Assembly (NCBI GenBank): GCA_964016885.1
Contig: OZ024756.1
Span: 18,662,001-18,726,000, forward strand
Source: Eledone cirrhosa
Taxonomy: Eukaryota
Direction: 5' to 3'
DNA length: 64,000 bases
The translations under genes and the position numbers were made by a program. The notes beneath the pieces were generated by a model, which was not told the DNA's origin, searched no databases, and saw only the letters and a list, made by a program, of their open reading frames with translations. Within the stretch, counting starts at the first letter, position 1. Every line of letters begins with the position of its first letter. This document shows positions 1 to 12,666 of this stretch, piece by piece.

Positions 1-358
1 GTGTGTGTGTCTATGTGTGTGTATGTGTGTGTGTGTGTCTATGTGAACATGTGTGTGTGTGTCTATGTGTGTGTATGTGTGTGTGTGTGTCTATGTGAAC
101 ATGTGTGTGTGTGTGTGTCTGTCTATGTGAACATATGTATGTGTGTGTGTGTGTGTCTATGTATACATATATATGTGTGTGTTGGTCTATGTGTACATAT
201 ATATATATGTGTGTGTGTGTGTCTGTGGACATATATATGTGTGCGTGTGTATGTGTCTATGTGAACATACGTGTGTGTGTGTGTGTGTGTCTATGTGAAC
301 ATGTATGTGTGTGTGTGTACGTATGTGTGTGTGTGTATTTGAACATGTATGTGTATGC

Positions 359-390
<32 letters not shown>

Positions 391-1679
391 CTATGTGAAC
401 AAGTGTGTGTGTGTGTATGTATGTGTGTGTGTGTGTATTTGAACATGTATGTATGTGTGTTTGTGTGTGTATGTCTATGTGAACATGTATGTGTGTGTGT
501 ATGTATGTGTGTGTGTGTGTATTTGAACATGTATGTGTGTGTGTTTGTGTGTGTGTGTCTATGTGAACAAGTGTGTGTGTGTGTATGTATGTGTGTGTGT
601 GTGTATTTGAACATGTATGTGTGTGTGTTTGTGTGTGTGTGTCTATGTGAACATGTATGTGTGTTTGTATGTATGTGTGTGTGTATTTGAACATGTATGT
701 GTGTGTGTTTGTGTGTGTGTGTCTATGTGAACAAGTGTGTGTGTGTATGTATGTGTGTGTGTGTGTGTATTTGAACATGTATGTGTGTGTGTTTGTGTGT
801 GTGTGTCTATGTGAACATGTATGTGTGTGTGTATGTATGTGTGTGTGTGTGTATTTGAACATGTATGTGTGTGCGTCTGTGTGTGTGTGTCTATGTGAAC
901 AAGTGTGTGTGTGTGTATGTATGTGTATGTGTGTGTGTGTGTGTTTGAACATGTATGTGCGTGTGTTTGTGTGTGTGTGTGTCTATGTGAACAAGTGTGT
1001 GTGTTTGTATGTATGTGTGTGTGTGTGTATTTGAACATGTATGTATGTGTGTTTGTGTGTGTATGTCTATGTGAACATGTATGTGTGTTTGTATGTATGT
1101 GTGTGTGTGTGTATTTGAACATGTATGTGTGTGTGTGTGTGTGTCTATGTGAACATGTATATGTGTGTGTATGTATGTGTGTGTGTGTATTTGAACATGT
1201 ATGTGTGTGTGTTTGTGTGTGTGTGTCTATGGGAACAAGTGTGTGTGTGTGTATGTATGTGTATGTGTGTGTGTGTGTATTTGAACATGTATGTATGTGT
1301 GTTTGTGTGTGTGTGTCTATGTGAACATGTATGTGTGTTTGTATGTATGTGTGTCTGTGTGTATTTGAACATGTATGTGTGTGTGTTTGTGTGTGTGTGT
1401 CTATGTGAACATGTGTGTGTGTTTGTATGTATGTGTATGTGTGTGTGTGTATTTGAACATGTATGTATGTGTGTTTGTGTGTGTGTGTCTATGTGAACAA
1501 GTGTGTGTGTGTGTATGTATGTATGTGTGTGTATTTGAACATGTATGTGTGTGTGTATGTGTGTGTGTATTTGAACATGTATGTGTGTGTGTCTATGTGA
1601 ACAAGTGTGTGTGTGTGTGCATTTGAACATGTATGTGTGTGTGTTTCTGTGTGTGTGTCTATGTGAACATGTATGTGTG

Positions 1680-1712
<33 letters not shown>

Positions 1713-1958
1713 ATTTGAACATGTATGTATGTGTGTGTTTATGTGTGTGTGTGTCTATGTGAACAAGTGTGTGTGCGTGTATGTATGAATGTGTGTCTGT
1801 GTATTTGAACATGTATGTATGTGTGTTTGTGTGTGTGTGTCTATGTGAACATGTATGTGTGCGTGTATGTATGTGTGTGTGTGTGTGTGTATTTGAACAT
1901 GTATGTATGTGTGTGTTTATGTGTGTGTGTGTCTATGTGAACAAGTGTGTGTGTGTGT
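1..1958. repeat. (TG)n-derived compound minisatellite with alternating CTATGTGAACA / TATTTGAACATG landmarks
   Basis: The two landmark motifs alternate every ~35-45 bp in a TG/TATG background; all ORFs here are CV/HT dipeptide artefacts. Confidence 0.95.
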
Positions 1959-2275
1959 GAATGATTGGAGCCTTATGCTAAAGAATTCCTTTCTGTTGAT
2001 AAGATCTTGTAGCAGCAAATATCGGTAGGTCCCACTAGAGAAGTAAATATCCTCTCCATAGGAAACACACCCCATTCTTCTCATTCCCCGGCCCCATTTC
2101 TCCCGGTTTCTCTCTACCATTACCTTCTCCCCCAGTACTAAACTATCTAACCCTTTCTAACCCTCCTTACCATTCCACCACTCGCCTCCGCCGCCATCTT
2201 GCATTCCAACACTTACGCGAAGCACCAAACACACTCCCCGTGATAGCAACGCTACATCTGATACGTTGGTTCCTT

Positions 2276-2326
<51 letters not shown>

Positions 2327-2348
2327 ATGTATATGTATATATGTAATG

Positions 2349-2437
<89 letters not shown>

Positions 2438-2750
2438 AATTCGTTATTGGCAACATGACCCTCCCAAAGTATAAAAGTATATATATATATATATATACTC
2501 ATTCAACTCATACACATATACATATGTACATACTCACGTACGTGTATACATACATACATGCATACATACTTACATACATACATACTTACACACATACTTA
2601 CATACTTACATACACACATATATACATACATACATATATATAAGAATTCATGATACATCCATGTATACATATACGCACACGCAGGAACAATTCATTTTTG
2701 CATTGTGCTTACATGACGTGTGTTAACATCCGCCATACTATATATATATA

Positions 2751-2794
2751 CAGGGTGCTGTTGAAGTGTGTATACATTTTTTTGGAACACCCTG
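2751..2794. mobile_element. Tiny Tc1/mariner-type MITE remnant
   Basis: ta|CAGGGTG...CACCCTG|tg: 7-bp terminal inverted repeats of Tc1 type, preceded by TA. Confidence 0.45.
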
Positions 2795-2841
2795 TGTGTG
2801 TGTGTGTGTATGTGTATATATATATATATATATTTATGTCA

Positions 2842-3443
2842 GGTCACCAGTTGGTGCTACTGGTAACATGTATTCCAGGACAACGTGCCCCATGGTCGGG
2901 TCGTTGGCGACTAAACTGGCAACCCCACCAAGGTTTCTTGGTGAGGAGGGTGACTTTGTACATCCTGCAGGACTAAAAACAAAACCTGTCAAAGGGCAAA
3001 GGAGCTCTTAAGAGTCAATGGCCATCCAAAATCACCGGGAGAGATGACCCCTTAGCCTTTATCAAGGCAGAATTCTAGGAGAAGGAAAACTCTGATATAA
3101 CACCTGCAACCCTGATGGTATCCAATGATGTTGACTTGTTCTTCTTGTTGGTAAATATCATCTTGGTTAAGAGAGTGGGACTGGCTTTGTGCAGTGCCTT
3201 TGCTCACTATAAAAGCTTCACGGCACAGGCATTGCTTTATATCTGGAGATCTCTCTGCACTTGTCGTCACATGGTACCATGGGCCCAGCACTATGTGTCA
3301 ATAATTGTCACAAGTGTAGTGTTTGTACCAGAGTTTTCAAGTCGCTGGTTGGACTAAAAAGTCACACTCGTTCAGTGCATTAGTAGGGGTTCTCCTACAT
3401 GGATATAATGTAGTGGCCGTACTCGAAAACGAGTTGGAAGCCA

Positions 3444-3447
<4 letters not shown>
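2842..3447 (+). mobile_element. ~605-bp non-autonomous RTE-derived (bipartite) retroelement, copy 1
   Basis: Near-identical copies at 11001-11604(-) and 20086-20690(+). The 3' part encodes a C2H2 finger (CSVCTRVFKSLVGLKSHTRSVH*) like RTE ORF C-termini and ends in hairpin ACTCG-AAAA-CGAGT. The 5' part resembles RTE 5' UTRs (CTAGGAGAAGGAAAACTCTGA). Confidence 0.8.
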
Positions 3448-3513
<66 letters not shown>

Positions 3514-3518
3514 ATATC

Positions 3519-3639
3519 AGAATGGAAGCGGTGTAAAACCAGTTAGAACATTACTCGCCAGAGTACTCGATACTTGGGGGAGTAGAGTGGGTAATATGAA
3601 CATTTCGGGACCTCGATGGCTGAGCTCAGCTGTCGGGAT

Positions 3640-3641
<2 letters not shown>
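3519..3641 (-). mobile_element. PLE-type mini-insert family A, diverged copy
   Basis: Shares GTAGAGTGGGTAATA and GAGTACTC with the other family A copies; folds back at GCTGAGCTCAGC; flanked by (TA)n. Confidence 0.65.
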
Positions 3642-3672
<31 letters not shown>

Positions 3673-3676
<4 letters not shown>

Positions 3677-3853
3677 AAAAAGTATGACCCCGACGGCAGA
3701 GCTCAAGCCGTTTCGACGGCTATTTCTGGAAATCTAAACGGCTTGAGCTCTGCCGTCGGGGTCATACTTTTTCCTATTTCCCACTCTACTACTCTAAGTA
3801 TTGAGTACTGAGGTGCGTTATGGTCCATCTGGTTCCTTACCACAATTCCTTTG

Positions 3854-3856
<3 letters not shown>
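3673..3856 (+). mobile_element. PLE-type foldback mini-insert family A
   Basis: (TA)n-TAGGAAAAAGTATGACCCCGACGGCAGAGCTCAAGCCGTTT...AAACGGCTTGAGCTCTGCCGTCGGGGTCATACTTTTTCCTA + ~80-nt tail ending TTGTTA-(TA)n. Confidence 0.8.
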
Positions 3857-3885
<29 letters not shown>

Positions 3886-3888
<3 letters not shown>

Positions 3889-4335
3889 GGTTTGTTGGTT
3901 CACCACTGGATAGAATTGGTCATTCCGTATGGTCAACCTCGATGTAATATTATGGAGAGCACTCAACGTAATGCAACTCACCCGTCTTCGTTTGTGTAGT
4001 TGGTGGTACGAGTACGGAGTTAATTATTATAAAATAACAGGAGGCTGGACTGGTGTAAATCCTTGAAAGGTTTATTATACTATGAACATTTCAATGACCG
4101 GGTTCAGTGTGAATCCGGTGACATCATCAGGTATTCAAAATATAACAAAGGAATATAACAGATAAAATCCATGGGGCTGAAAATCAGAGACATGAGGACG
4201 ACTGACTATTTAGCAGTTTCTACCTCGGTCGGCCGCCACTTGAGGGTTCATATTGAACCCGGTCATTGAAACGATCATAGTATAATAAACCTTTCACGGA
4301 TTTACACCAGTCCAGCCTCCTGTTATTTTATAATA
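3886..4335 (-). mobile_element. PLE-type foldback insert (family B) with hammerhead
   Basis: Inverted arms ~4027-4106 and ~4252-4333, hammerhead plus AATAAA on the minus strand, tail towards 3886, (TA)n on both sides. Confidence 0.8.
4077..4134 (-). ncRNA. Type I minimal hammerhead ribozyme
   Basis: Minus strand: atac CTGATGA tgtcaccggattca-cac-tgaacccggtcatt GAAA tgttca TA gtat AATAAA; the inverted copy has stem III cgatca. Confidence 0.75.
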
Positions 4336-4382
4336 TATATATATATATATATATTTATAATTCATCGCCGCTATATATATAT

Positions 4383-4473
<91 letters not shown>

Positions 4474-5146
4474 AGAATAACATGGTCGGCTGTACACACA
4501 AAAAAAAGGGTTTATTTACTGTATTAACAATTGTTTCATTAATCAGGTACGTTAAAACTATTCATAGTACATAGTACTCACAACCCCCAACTGGATTACC
4601 TTAAACGATACCTTGTTATCCTATATATGTATATAAACCACGTGTCTGTGGCGACATTTAAAGCTACAACATACCCGCTCAGGCTAAGAACGAAAGACTT
4701 GCTGAAGAAGTAAATCCTATGTTCTGTCGTCAAAAACCATTATATTGCAGACTCCTGCAATAGGAATTTGTCGATCTTGGATTTGCAGAAACTTAGCGCT
4801 GATGTTGGATGCTATATGTTGATCTATATTGTTGATATACGATGTAAGTTATATATTTTGCACTCAGCCTCACCGCTATGTCCGGGTCAGTATAAAATCT
4901 TTTCCTGGCTCCTGTATTTTCGTTGCTCTAGTGATGCGGCTGGACTGCCGACCGCTATATCTGATTTGCTAAGCTGTCTGAATGTAATGTTATTACTCTG
5001 GGGTCTTTCCTCATCTGAGTGCTCAAGCTACAGACCGATTATGCATATACGCTAGCTTGGCCGTATTCTAAAGCTTCGTCAATGCTGTACTAAAATTTAT
5101 ATATATATATATATATATATATTATTGGAATTTCGTATTTCTAAAT

Positions 5147-5398
5147 AAATACGGTATGTTTATAAATAGACATTTAGAAAGCCGTAGCTATGCAAAAATA
5201 CCGGCGACTATCGCCACCTGGCGGTGTCAAACAGAAGCAAGGGGGACAATCGTCGATGCATTTCGAACTGAACTGGTTCTCACCCCCCCCCCCCCCCCCC
5301 CCCCCCCGCTCTTGCTACTGCAGAATTTGAAAACAGGCGAGAATATATAGTTTTCTCCTCTGTTCTAAATGTTCTTTATTTATAAACATACCGTATTT
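5147..5398. mobile_element. MITE-like element with ~22-33 bp TIRs
   Basis: AAATACGGTATGTTTATAAATA ... TATTTATAAACATACCGTATTT; internal CGCCACCTGGCGG palindrome. Confidence 0.6.
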
Positions 5399-5519
5399 CT
5401 TCCGACACACATCTGTATACAGCTATGGTCGAAGCTAAATGTGTGTGTGTGTACATTATTCGACATAATTGTCAGTGTTGATCAAATTATTTTGCTGTTG
5501 TTTTTAATGCTGCTGTCTT

Positions 5520-5525
5520 GATGGC

Positions 5526-5560
<35 letters not shown>

Positions 5561-6368
5561 CGACAGTGATGATGATGTTGATGTTATTGTTATTGCTGCT
5601 GTTGTTGTTGTTGCAGTTGTTGCAGTATTCAAAAAATGCAAAATTTATTTCCTACAAACACTTGTTTTCATTATTGACAAATGTAAAGTATGTAGAAGTA
5701 GCTACAACAACAACCACAACAACAACAGCAACAACAACAACAACAACAACAGCAGCAGCTACAGCAACAACAACAACAGCAGCAGCTGCTGCAGCAACAA
5801 CAACAATAAGAGCAGCAATGGAAACAGTGACGACGACGACGACAATAACAACAGTAACAATAGCAACAGCAGCAATAACGACAACAGCAGCTGCAGCAAC
5901 AACAAGGACGACGACAATGACAACAACAACAACAACAATAACAGCAGCAACAGCAACAACAGCGACGACAACAACAATAACAACAGCAGCAGCAGCAGCA
6001 GCAGCAGCAATAACAACAACAACAACAACAACAACAACAGCAATAACAACAACAGCAGCTGCAACATCAACAACAGCAATAACAACAACAGCAGCTGCAA
6101 CATCAACAACAGCAATAACAACAACAGCAGCTGCAACATCAACAACAGCAATAACAACAACAGCAGCTGCAACATCAACAACAGCAATAACAACAGCAGC
6201 TGCAACATCAACAACAGCGACGACAACAATAACAACAGCAACAACAGCAGCAGCAGCAGCAGCAATAACAACAACAACAACAATAACAGCAGTAGCAACA
6301 ACAGCAATAACAACAACAACGACAATAACAATAACAACAACAGTAGCAACAACAGCAATAACAACAAG
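5520..6368. repeat. Trinucleotide arrays (GAT)n/(GTT)n then (ACA/GCA)n with a 33-bp higher-order unit
   Basis: Direct reading; AACAACAGCAGCTGCAACATCAACAACAGCAAT repeated about 5 times at ~6045-6215. Confidence 0.95.
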
Positions 6369-6459
6369 TGAAAAGAGACAAAGGCTCACATAATAATATT
6401 TCCTCATGAATAAGCACACAGACACACATATACATGCACACACATACACAAGGATATAT

Positions 6460-6551
<92 letters not shown>

Positions 6552-6556
<5 letters not shown>

Positions 6557-7230
6557 ACGTCAAGACGGGCGGTCAGAAAAATGAAAGTAAATTTATTTTC
6601 ATTTTCGAACGTCGTGTTTACATTTTGTGTGTGTTTAGATCTAAATTAGTGTCGTTTTAACTGATTATATATATATGTATATGTGTGTGTGTGTGTGTAG
6701 TTGACGGTTGAGAGAAGAGTACTCAATACCGAAGTAATCTTGTAATGAGGCTTGCACATGCTGGCGACGAAGCTTCTTCTTTGCACGGCTCCATGTGTTC
6801 TGTGTGTGCACATCAAGGTCCGCAGGATCTACAAAGTTCCGTTCGTGCACCACAACATCATGAACGTAAATCCCACCTTTAATTTCAAAATAGGAAGCCC
6901 AACCATCGGAGATGATGCGGCTGCCTGGCAAAATCCCTGCTGAATGATGGGGACGAGAGTGTCAGAGCTTCGATTTGGGACTTCTACAAGGCAGCAGCGT
7001 CCAGAATGGCGGACTCACCATTCTGCAAGCCTCATTACAAGATTACTTAGGTATTGAGTACTCTTCTCTCAACCGTCAACTACACACACACACACACATA
7101 TACATATATATATAATCAGTTAAAACGACACTAATTTAGATCTAAACACACACACAAAATGTAAACACGACGTTCGAAAATGAAAATAAATTTACTTTCA
7201 CTTTTCTGACCGCCCGTCTTGACGTATGCC
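6552..7230 (-). mobile_element. Merlin (IS1595/ISXO2-like) DNA transposon derivative with ~205-bp inverted arms
   Basis: Ends GGCATACGTCAAGACGGGCGG / CCGCCCGTCTTGACGTATGCC; the minus strand encodes GRCCLVEVPNRSSDTLVPIIQQGILPGSRIISDGWASY...HDVVVHERNFVDP...VHTQN, an ISXO2-type DDE segment. Confidence 0.85.
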
Positions 7231-7245
7231 ATATATATATATATA

Positions 7246-7544
7246 GGTAGAAGGGGTATTCAATCTGTTGGAAGTCCGACAACTATAAATGTTTATAACT
7301 GATTTAGAGCACTCAACAAATTACTGGAGTAAATATTCAATGATATTAAATAAATAGAAACTATATTTATAAAAACCATATTTATTTTATTATATATATT
7401 TCAAGGGTACCAAGACAACATTGGTACGCTTTCATCAGATAAAATACAAAGTTTGTTTTATAAATAGATACATACCCATGAAAATCATACCTTATCTGTT
7501 GGAAATTCACTGACTATCCAGTGAATTTCCAACCGATAAGGTAT
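7246..7544 (-). mobile_element. PLE-type insert family C with tail, hammerhead and terminal foldback hairpin
   Basis: Homologous to 12418-12560, 25457-25865 and 49836-50003; hairpin ATACCTTATCTGTTGGAAATTCACTG/CAGTGAATTTCCAACCGATAAGGTAT at ~7487-7544. Confidence 0.75.
7383..7446 (-). ncRNA. Type I minimal hammerhead ribozyme
   Basis: tattttat CTGATGA aagcgtaccaa..ttggtaccctt GAAA tatata TA ataaaata; perfect 8-bp stem I and palindromic stem III. Confidence 0.85.
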
Positions 7545-7971
7545 AAGGTGTAATGTGAAATAAAGTGTCTTCAATAATGAAACACACAACTTCATGGTTG
7601 CAATCCCAATGCTCTAAACACTAAGCCCATCTGCCTTCACATGTATCGCTATTTATAAGCAGCATAATCGTGATGTTTTAATATGTTTTATACAGAATTA
7701 TCGCAAATCTTTTCAAAGTAACTGTTTATCCTCTCAGATGTTCAGCTGTCTGTTTCCCTGGCAACGGCCAGTATTTTCCAAGTCTATTTATATATTTTTA
7801 CAATTTAACGACAACATTCTGTGGCTTGAACCACTTCAAAAAGTTCAATCATTAAGAAAGCTATAACGAAATTTTCGTAATGTTGTACAAGGTTGACGAC
7901 CTGCCATGGTTAATTATAGCGCAGTGCTACTACACACATAGACACAAACATGCATATACATACACACACAC

Positions 7972-8008
<37 letters not shown>

Positions 8009-8163
8009 TATATTAATATATATATACATAGATACAACCACATACATGCACACATATATATACATATACACATACATACACACATATGTATATATACATA
8101 TATACACACACACAGATATATATATGTGTGTGTATATATATATATATATTTGGAAAATGTGTG

Positions 8164-8239
<76 letters not shown>

Positions 8240-8242
8240 TAT

Positions 8243-8580
<338 letters not shown>

Positions 8581-8619
8581 GACACCTGTTTAGATATGCG
8601 AGTTTACACTAGTGTGTGT

Positions 8620-8870
8620 GGAGGTCCGTGGCCTAGTGGTAAGGGTTTGGACTGGGTTGTGTGTTGTGGTCTTGAGCAAAACACTTCATTTCCTGCTGCT
8701 CCAGTACACTCAACTGAAAATGAGTACCAGCAATAGCTGGGAGTTTAACCCTGCAATGGATAGGCGTCCTGTCGAGGGGGAGTTTTGTACTCTCAGTCGC
8801 TTAACACCATGAAAACAGGGATAAGCACCGGACTGATGAGACTTTGGACTCGAGACAGACTTTAGACTTT
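8620..8870 (+). mobile_element. tRNA-derived SINE (CORE/V-SINE-like)
   Basis: A-box GTGGCCTAGTGG, CORE-like CTTGAGCAAAACACTT...AAAATGAGTACC, AACCCTGCAATGGA...AGGGGGAG block, tail AGACTTT repeat. Confidence 0.7.
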
Positions 8871-9022
8871 ATATATATATATATATGCATATATATATAT
8901 ATATATACATATATATATGTATATATATGTATATATATATGTATATGTGTACACATATACACATATATATACATTTATATGTATTTTAGGGATTGTAACG
9001 TAAAGTTACTGTTGGTTCACCA

Positions 9023-9421
9023 CTTAAGACTAACTGATGTCTTACAACATTTGGAGCCAGTGAAGCCTCTTAAGACCAGTCGATGTCTTACAACATCTGG
9101 AGCCAGTGTACTCTAGATGCCTCTTAAGACCAGTCGATGTCTTACAACATCTGGAGCCAGTGTGCTCTAGAAGCCTCTTAAGACCAGTCGATGTCTTACA
9201 ACATCTGGAGCCAGTGTGCTCTAGAAGCCTCTTAAGACCAGTCGATGTCTTACAACATCTGGAGCCAGTGTGCTCTAGAAGCCTCTTAAGACCAGTCGAT
9301 TTCTTACAACATCTGGAGCCAGTGTGCTCTAGAAGCCTCTTAAGACCAGTCGATGTCTTACAACATCTGGAGCCAGTGTGCTCTAGAAGCCTCTTAAGAC
9401 CAGTCGATTTCTTACAACATC
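9023..9421. repeat. 54-bp tandem repeat, about 7 copies
   Basis: GCCTCTTAAGACCAGTCGATGTCTTACAACATCTGGAGCCAGTGTGCTCTAGAA starts at 9119, 9173, 9227 and so on. Confidence 0.95.
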
Positions 9422-9799
9422 GAGAGCAAATACGAGTGGCAAAACGTAGCATCTCTATGAGACCGTATCTTGATCATCCTATGAACTTTTCAGCTGTCCC
9501 TAGAACGTCTGCGACTTCATGTGATTAATATAGCCTGTGTGTTGAAAGAAGAACATAACCACAGGTATCACATTTCCAGCTCTTCAGATGATCAGTTAAG
9601 TTTAGAGAAGTGTCGTTATGCAAAGTACTCTTCATCCAACCATGTGCCAGTATTTATTTTTCTCAAACATGTTTACTTCTTTCCCACTAGAATGTTCTCC
9701 AGTGTACCAATGTAACGATGTATTGATTTAACAATATATCATTGCGCATGTGTTTCCGCTGGAGCGTAACCGGAAGCTTCCACGCTTCAGACAGAGATA

Positions 9800-10622
9800 A
9801 TATTTACATATATGCAGACATACTTACATATATATGCAGACATACTTACATATATGCATACATACTTACATATATGCAGACATACTTACATATATATGCA
9901 GACATACTTACATATATATGCAGACATACTTACATATATATGCAGATATACTTACATATATATGCAGACATACTTACATATATGCATACATACTTACATA
10001 TATGCAGACATACTTACATATATATGCAGACATACTTACATATATGCATACATACTTACATATATGAAGACATACTTACATATATATGCAGACATACTTA
10101 CATATATATGCAGATATACTTACATATATATGCAGACATACTTACATATATGCAGACATACTTACATATATGCAGACATACTTACATATATGCATACATA
10201 CTTACATATATGCAGACATACTTACATATATATGCAGACATACTTACATATATATGCAGACATACTTACATATATGCATACATACTTACATATATGCAGA
10301 CATACTTACATATATGCAGACATACTTACATATATATGCAGACATACTTACATATATGCATACATACTTACATATAAGCAGACATGCTTACATATATGCA
10401 GACATACTTACATATATGCAGACATACTTACATATATATATGCAGACATACTTACATATATGCAGACATACTTACATATATATGCAGACATACTTACATA
10501 TATGCAGACATACTTACATATATGCATACATACTTACATACATGCAGACATGCTTACATATATATGCATACGTACTTACATATATGCATACATACTTACA
10601 TACATGCAGACATGCATACATA
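9800..10622. repeat. ~20-22-bp minisatellite (TATATGCAGACATACTTACA)
   Basis: Direct tandem repetition with variable TA number. Confidence 0.95.
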
Positions 10623-10818
10623 TCTATCTAGTTGATGTTGTGTAAATTCCAATGTGAGAGTCTTGTGTCTATGTTAGAAACCGACTCTCTCTATTGGTAA
10701 AAATTTGTGAAATTATAAAACCAGAAGAATATACATACATACATACATACATACATACATACATACATACATACATACATACATACATACATACATACTT
10801 ATACACATACATACACAC

Positions 10819-10986
10819 ATGATGATGGCTGCAACTCGATTTCAAGTAATGCCATCGCTTGATACTTAAGCATGAGCATCATGGAGGTGACTTTTTAGTC
10901 CTGGTAGTGACTTGCCTATGACCAGCAATACCATGCATCGCACAAAATGTCATATATCAAGTGGTGCTTGTACTTGAAGCTTTTTT
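10819..10986 (-). mobile_element. RTE-type 3' end fragment (second subfamily)
   Basis: Minus strand KSLPGLKSHLHDAHA*, hairpin ACTTGAAATCGAGT, (CAT)n tail; similar to the 3' end of the 605-bp element. Confidence 0.6.
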
Positions 10987-11000
10987 ACATACGTAGATAC

Positions 11001-11604
11001 ATGGTGACTGCCAACTCGTTTTCGAGTACGGCCACTACTTTATATCCATGTAGGAGAACCCCTACCCATGCGCTGAACGAGTGTGACTTTTTAGTTCAGC
11101 CAGCGACTTGAAAACTCTGGTACAAACACTACACTTGTGACAATTATTGACACATAGTGCTGGGCCCATGGTACCATGTGACGACAAGTGCAGAGAGATC
11201 TCCAGATATAAAGCAATGCCTGTGCCGTGAAGCTTTTATAGTGAGCAAAGGCACTGCACAAAGCCAGTCCCACTCTCTTAACCAAGATGATATTTACCAA
11301 AAAGAAGAACAAGTCAACATCATTGGATACCATCAGGGTTGCAGGTGTTATATCAGAGTTTTTTCTTCTAGAATTCTGCCTTGACAAAGGCTAAGGGGTC
11401 ATCTCTCCCGGTGATTTTGGATGGCCATTGACTCTTAAGAGCTCCTTTGCCCTTTGACAGGTTTTGTTTTTAGTCCTGCAGGATGTCCAAAGTCACCCTC
11501 CTCACCAAGAAACATTGGTGGGGTTGCCAGTTTAGTCGCCAACGACCCGACCATGGGACAGGTTGTACTGGAATACATGTTACCAGTAGCACTAACTGGT
11601 GACC
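11001..11604 (-). mobile_element. RTE-derived bipartite element, copy 2
   Basis: Reverse complement of 2842-3447 with few substitutions. Confidence 0.85.
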
Positions 11605-12369
11605 TACATACATGCATACACACACATAAATACATACATACATGCATACACACACATAAATACATACATACTTGCATACACATACATACACAAATACATA
11701 CATACATATATACATGCATTCACACACATACATATGTATATATTTATGTCTGTATGTGTAAGTGTGTGAATATTTATATCCGTGAATGTGAATGCGTGTG
11801 TCTATGAATGTGCGTGCATGTGTGTTTGTTGTATGTGTATGTGTATGTCTACGACTATATAAGTATGTGTATATCTATATGAGTATGTGTATATGTATAT
11901 GTTTATATGTGTATCTCTGAGTCTGTGCGTATGTGTATATTTGTATGCCTGTATGTGTCTGTATATATCTATCTCTATGTGAGAATGTGTATATGTGTAT
12001 GTCTATATGTGTGTGTATGTGTATATCTATCTATGTCTATGTATATGTGTATCTATATGTGTATCTATGTATGATTATGTGTATATGTGTGTGTATGGTT
12101 ATATATATATATATATCTATGTGTATGTCTATATGTGTATATCTATGCGTGTGTATGTATTTATCTACGTGTGTGTATATGTATGTATGTATAAATGTAT
12201 ATGTGTATATCTCTGTGTGTTATATATATCTGTGGGTTATATATATCTATGTGTATGTATATGTGTATATCTATATGTGTATAGCTATGTGTGTGTATAT
12301 ATTTATCTATGTGTGTATATATGTATGCATATGTGTATAGCTGTCTATGTGTGTGTGTATGTATTTATC

Positions 12370-12417
<48 letters not shown>
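11605..12417. repeat. Degenerate CATA/TATG/TG microsatellite
   Basis: Direct reading. Confidence 0.9.
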
Positions 12418-12421
<4 letters not shown>

Positions 12422-12633
12422 ATTAAATAAATGGAAACTATATCTATAAAACCATATTTATTTCATTATATATATTTCAGGGATAACATATTAACAATAT
12501 GCTATGCCTTCCTCAGACAAAATACAATATAAACAGTTTTATAGATAAATAGATTCGACATACCGTAATAACATCTACTTGCATTTGAGAAGGTTGATTT
12601 GGTTGTGACAAAATTGTACACAGAGAGAAGGAA

Positions 12634-12666
<33 letters not shown>

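Noticed and set aside
5518-6563. Poly-Thr/Ala, poly-Val and poly-Leu ORFs (mucin- or antifreeze-like)
   Set aside because: Pure trinucleotide repeat open in several frames; no splice or domain evidence.
6715-6736. GAGTACTCAATAC in the Merlin arms matching the family A tail
   Set aside because: Only ~13 bp and lies within the transposase-continuing frame; likely coincidental.
8833-8862. CTGATGAG...CTCGAGAC as a hammerhead
   Set aside because: No GAAA or stem III; it matches the ordinary 3' tail of V/CORE-like SINEs.
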